A DNA stretch of 63,988 nt, counting the filler, from Dugesia japonica (taxonomy: Eukaryota), in NCBI GenBank assembly GCA_001938525.1. It is 6 parts of 6 records of this genome, joined end to end, with 100 filler letters (N's around TTAATTAATTAA, not from the genome) between each part and the next. Parts side by side here need not be neighbours in the genome. Positions count along the whole stretch, not along the records: positions 55,562 to 63,988 come from MQRL01606074.1; 5 more parts are not named here. One strand, 5' to 3'. Below the pieces are notes generated by a model. That model was given only the letters and a program-made list of their open reading frames with translations, did no database searches and was not told the DNA's origin. Position numbers and translations under genes: made by a program. Numbering within the stretch: position 1 is the stretch's first letter; the number at the start of each line of letters is the position of its first letter. Shown piece after piece: positions 63,179 through 63,988 of this stretch.

Positions 63179-63988
63179 AGTAGGTGAATAGTGGCGCACG
63201 GGTACACTTTGATTTAAAGGACAAACCCCCCCAGGGAGGGTGCTCAGAAACACATTACGTTTGAGCGGGGTTTTTTGTCCTTTAATTTTTGGCTTGTTTT
63301 TTGCTAAGATTTTTGGGATCAAAATTTTTTTTTGATCGGATCAATTTTCTTTTTTAACTTTATTTTTATCTTTTTTATCTTTTTTTTATCTTTTTTTTAT
63401 CTTTTTTTTATCTTTTTTTTACCTTTTTTTAAGAGGGAATTTTTTTTTAATTGTTTTTTTGTTTAAATTAATAAACTTTTTTGTATTAATTAATGAAAAT
63501 GGTTTTTTTTGTGAGAACACTTTATATTTATGTATGAGATGGGGTAGTCTTGATATTTTGGATGCGAAGTATTTATATTTTGCATAGAAAAGTAGGGAAA
63601 TCTTTTTAATATAATTAAATTAAATTAAATTTAATTAAATTAAATTATTTAAATAAATTTATTTATGTATCAAAAGGGACAGTCTTGATATTTTTTAAGA
63701 TATTATTACAAGATATGGGCAGTCTTGATATTGTTTAAGATATTATTACAAGATATGGACAGTCTTGATATTTTTTAAGATATTATTACAAGATATGGAC
63801 AGTCTTGATATTTTTTAAGATATTATTACAAGATATGGACAGTCTTGATATTTTTTAATATAATATTACAAACAATTTATGCATGTTATTGACAGTCTAT
63901 ATATTTATGCATGTTATGGATAATCTTTATATATATGCTCAAAGGTATTCAAAGAATAAGACATTAATTTCTTTTTATTATGTACATT
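63179..63988 (+). repeat. Long terminal-repeat segment starting AGTAGGTGAATAG with a 40-bp tandem array (probable Polinton TIR)
   Basis: Homologous to the reverse complement of 40930-41670; GACAGTCTTGATATTTTTTAAGATATTATTACAAGATATG repeated about 4.5 times at 63678-63870. Confidence 0.6.

Overview
Very AT-rich, repeat-dominated animal (metazoan) genomic DNA from a draft assembly. Five artificial N44-TTAATTAATTAA-N44 linkers (about 9370, 18857, 28021, 36377, 55462) show the window is six concatenated scaffolds, so adjacency across linkers is not biological. The only clearly intact host gene is an intronless class A neuropeptide-type GPCR (21588-22874, minus). Most of the rest is decayed mobile DNA. 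There are several Polinton/Maverick (adintovirus-like) remnants: a virion module at 1-4870 (packaging ATPase, pX-like protein, penton, adenain protease), three protein-primed PolB remnants, and a tandem-repeat-rich AGTAGG-terminated inverted-repeat family. Also present are Ty3/Gypsy LTR elements, Penelope-like elements with hammerhead-ribozyme motifs, mariner/maT, hAT (Buster, hATm, MITEs), a piggyBac MITE, an RLE-type LINE fragment and microsatellites. The most notable observations are a structurally near-intact minimal hammerhead ribozyme about 455 nt upstream of, and on the same strand as, the GPCR, and a 165-bp Gypsy RT fragment captured between 118-bp inverted repeats. All homology calls are by eye from motifs, and most element boundaries are approximate.
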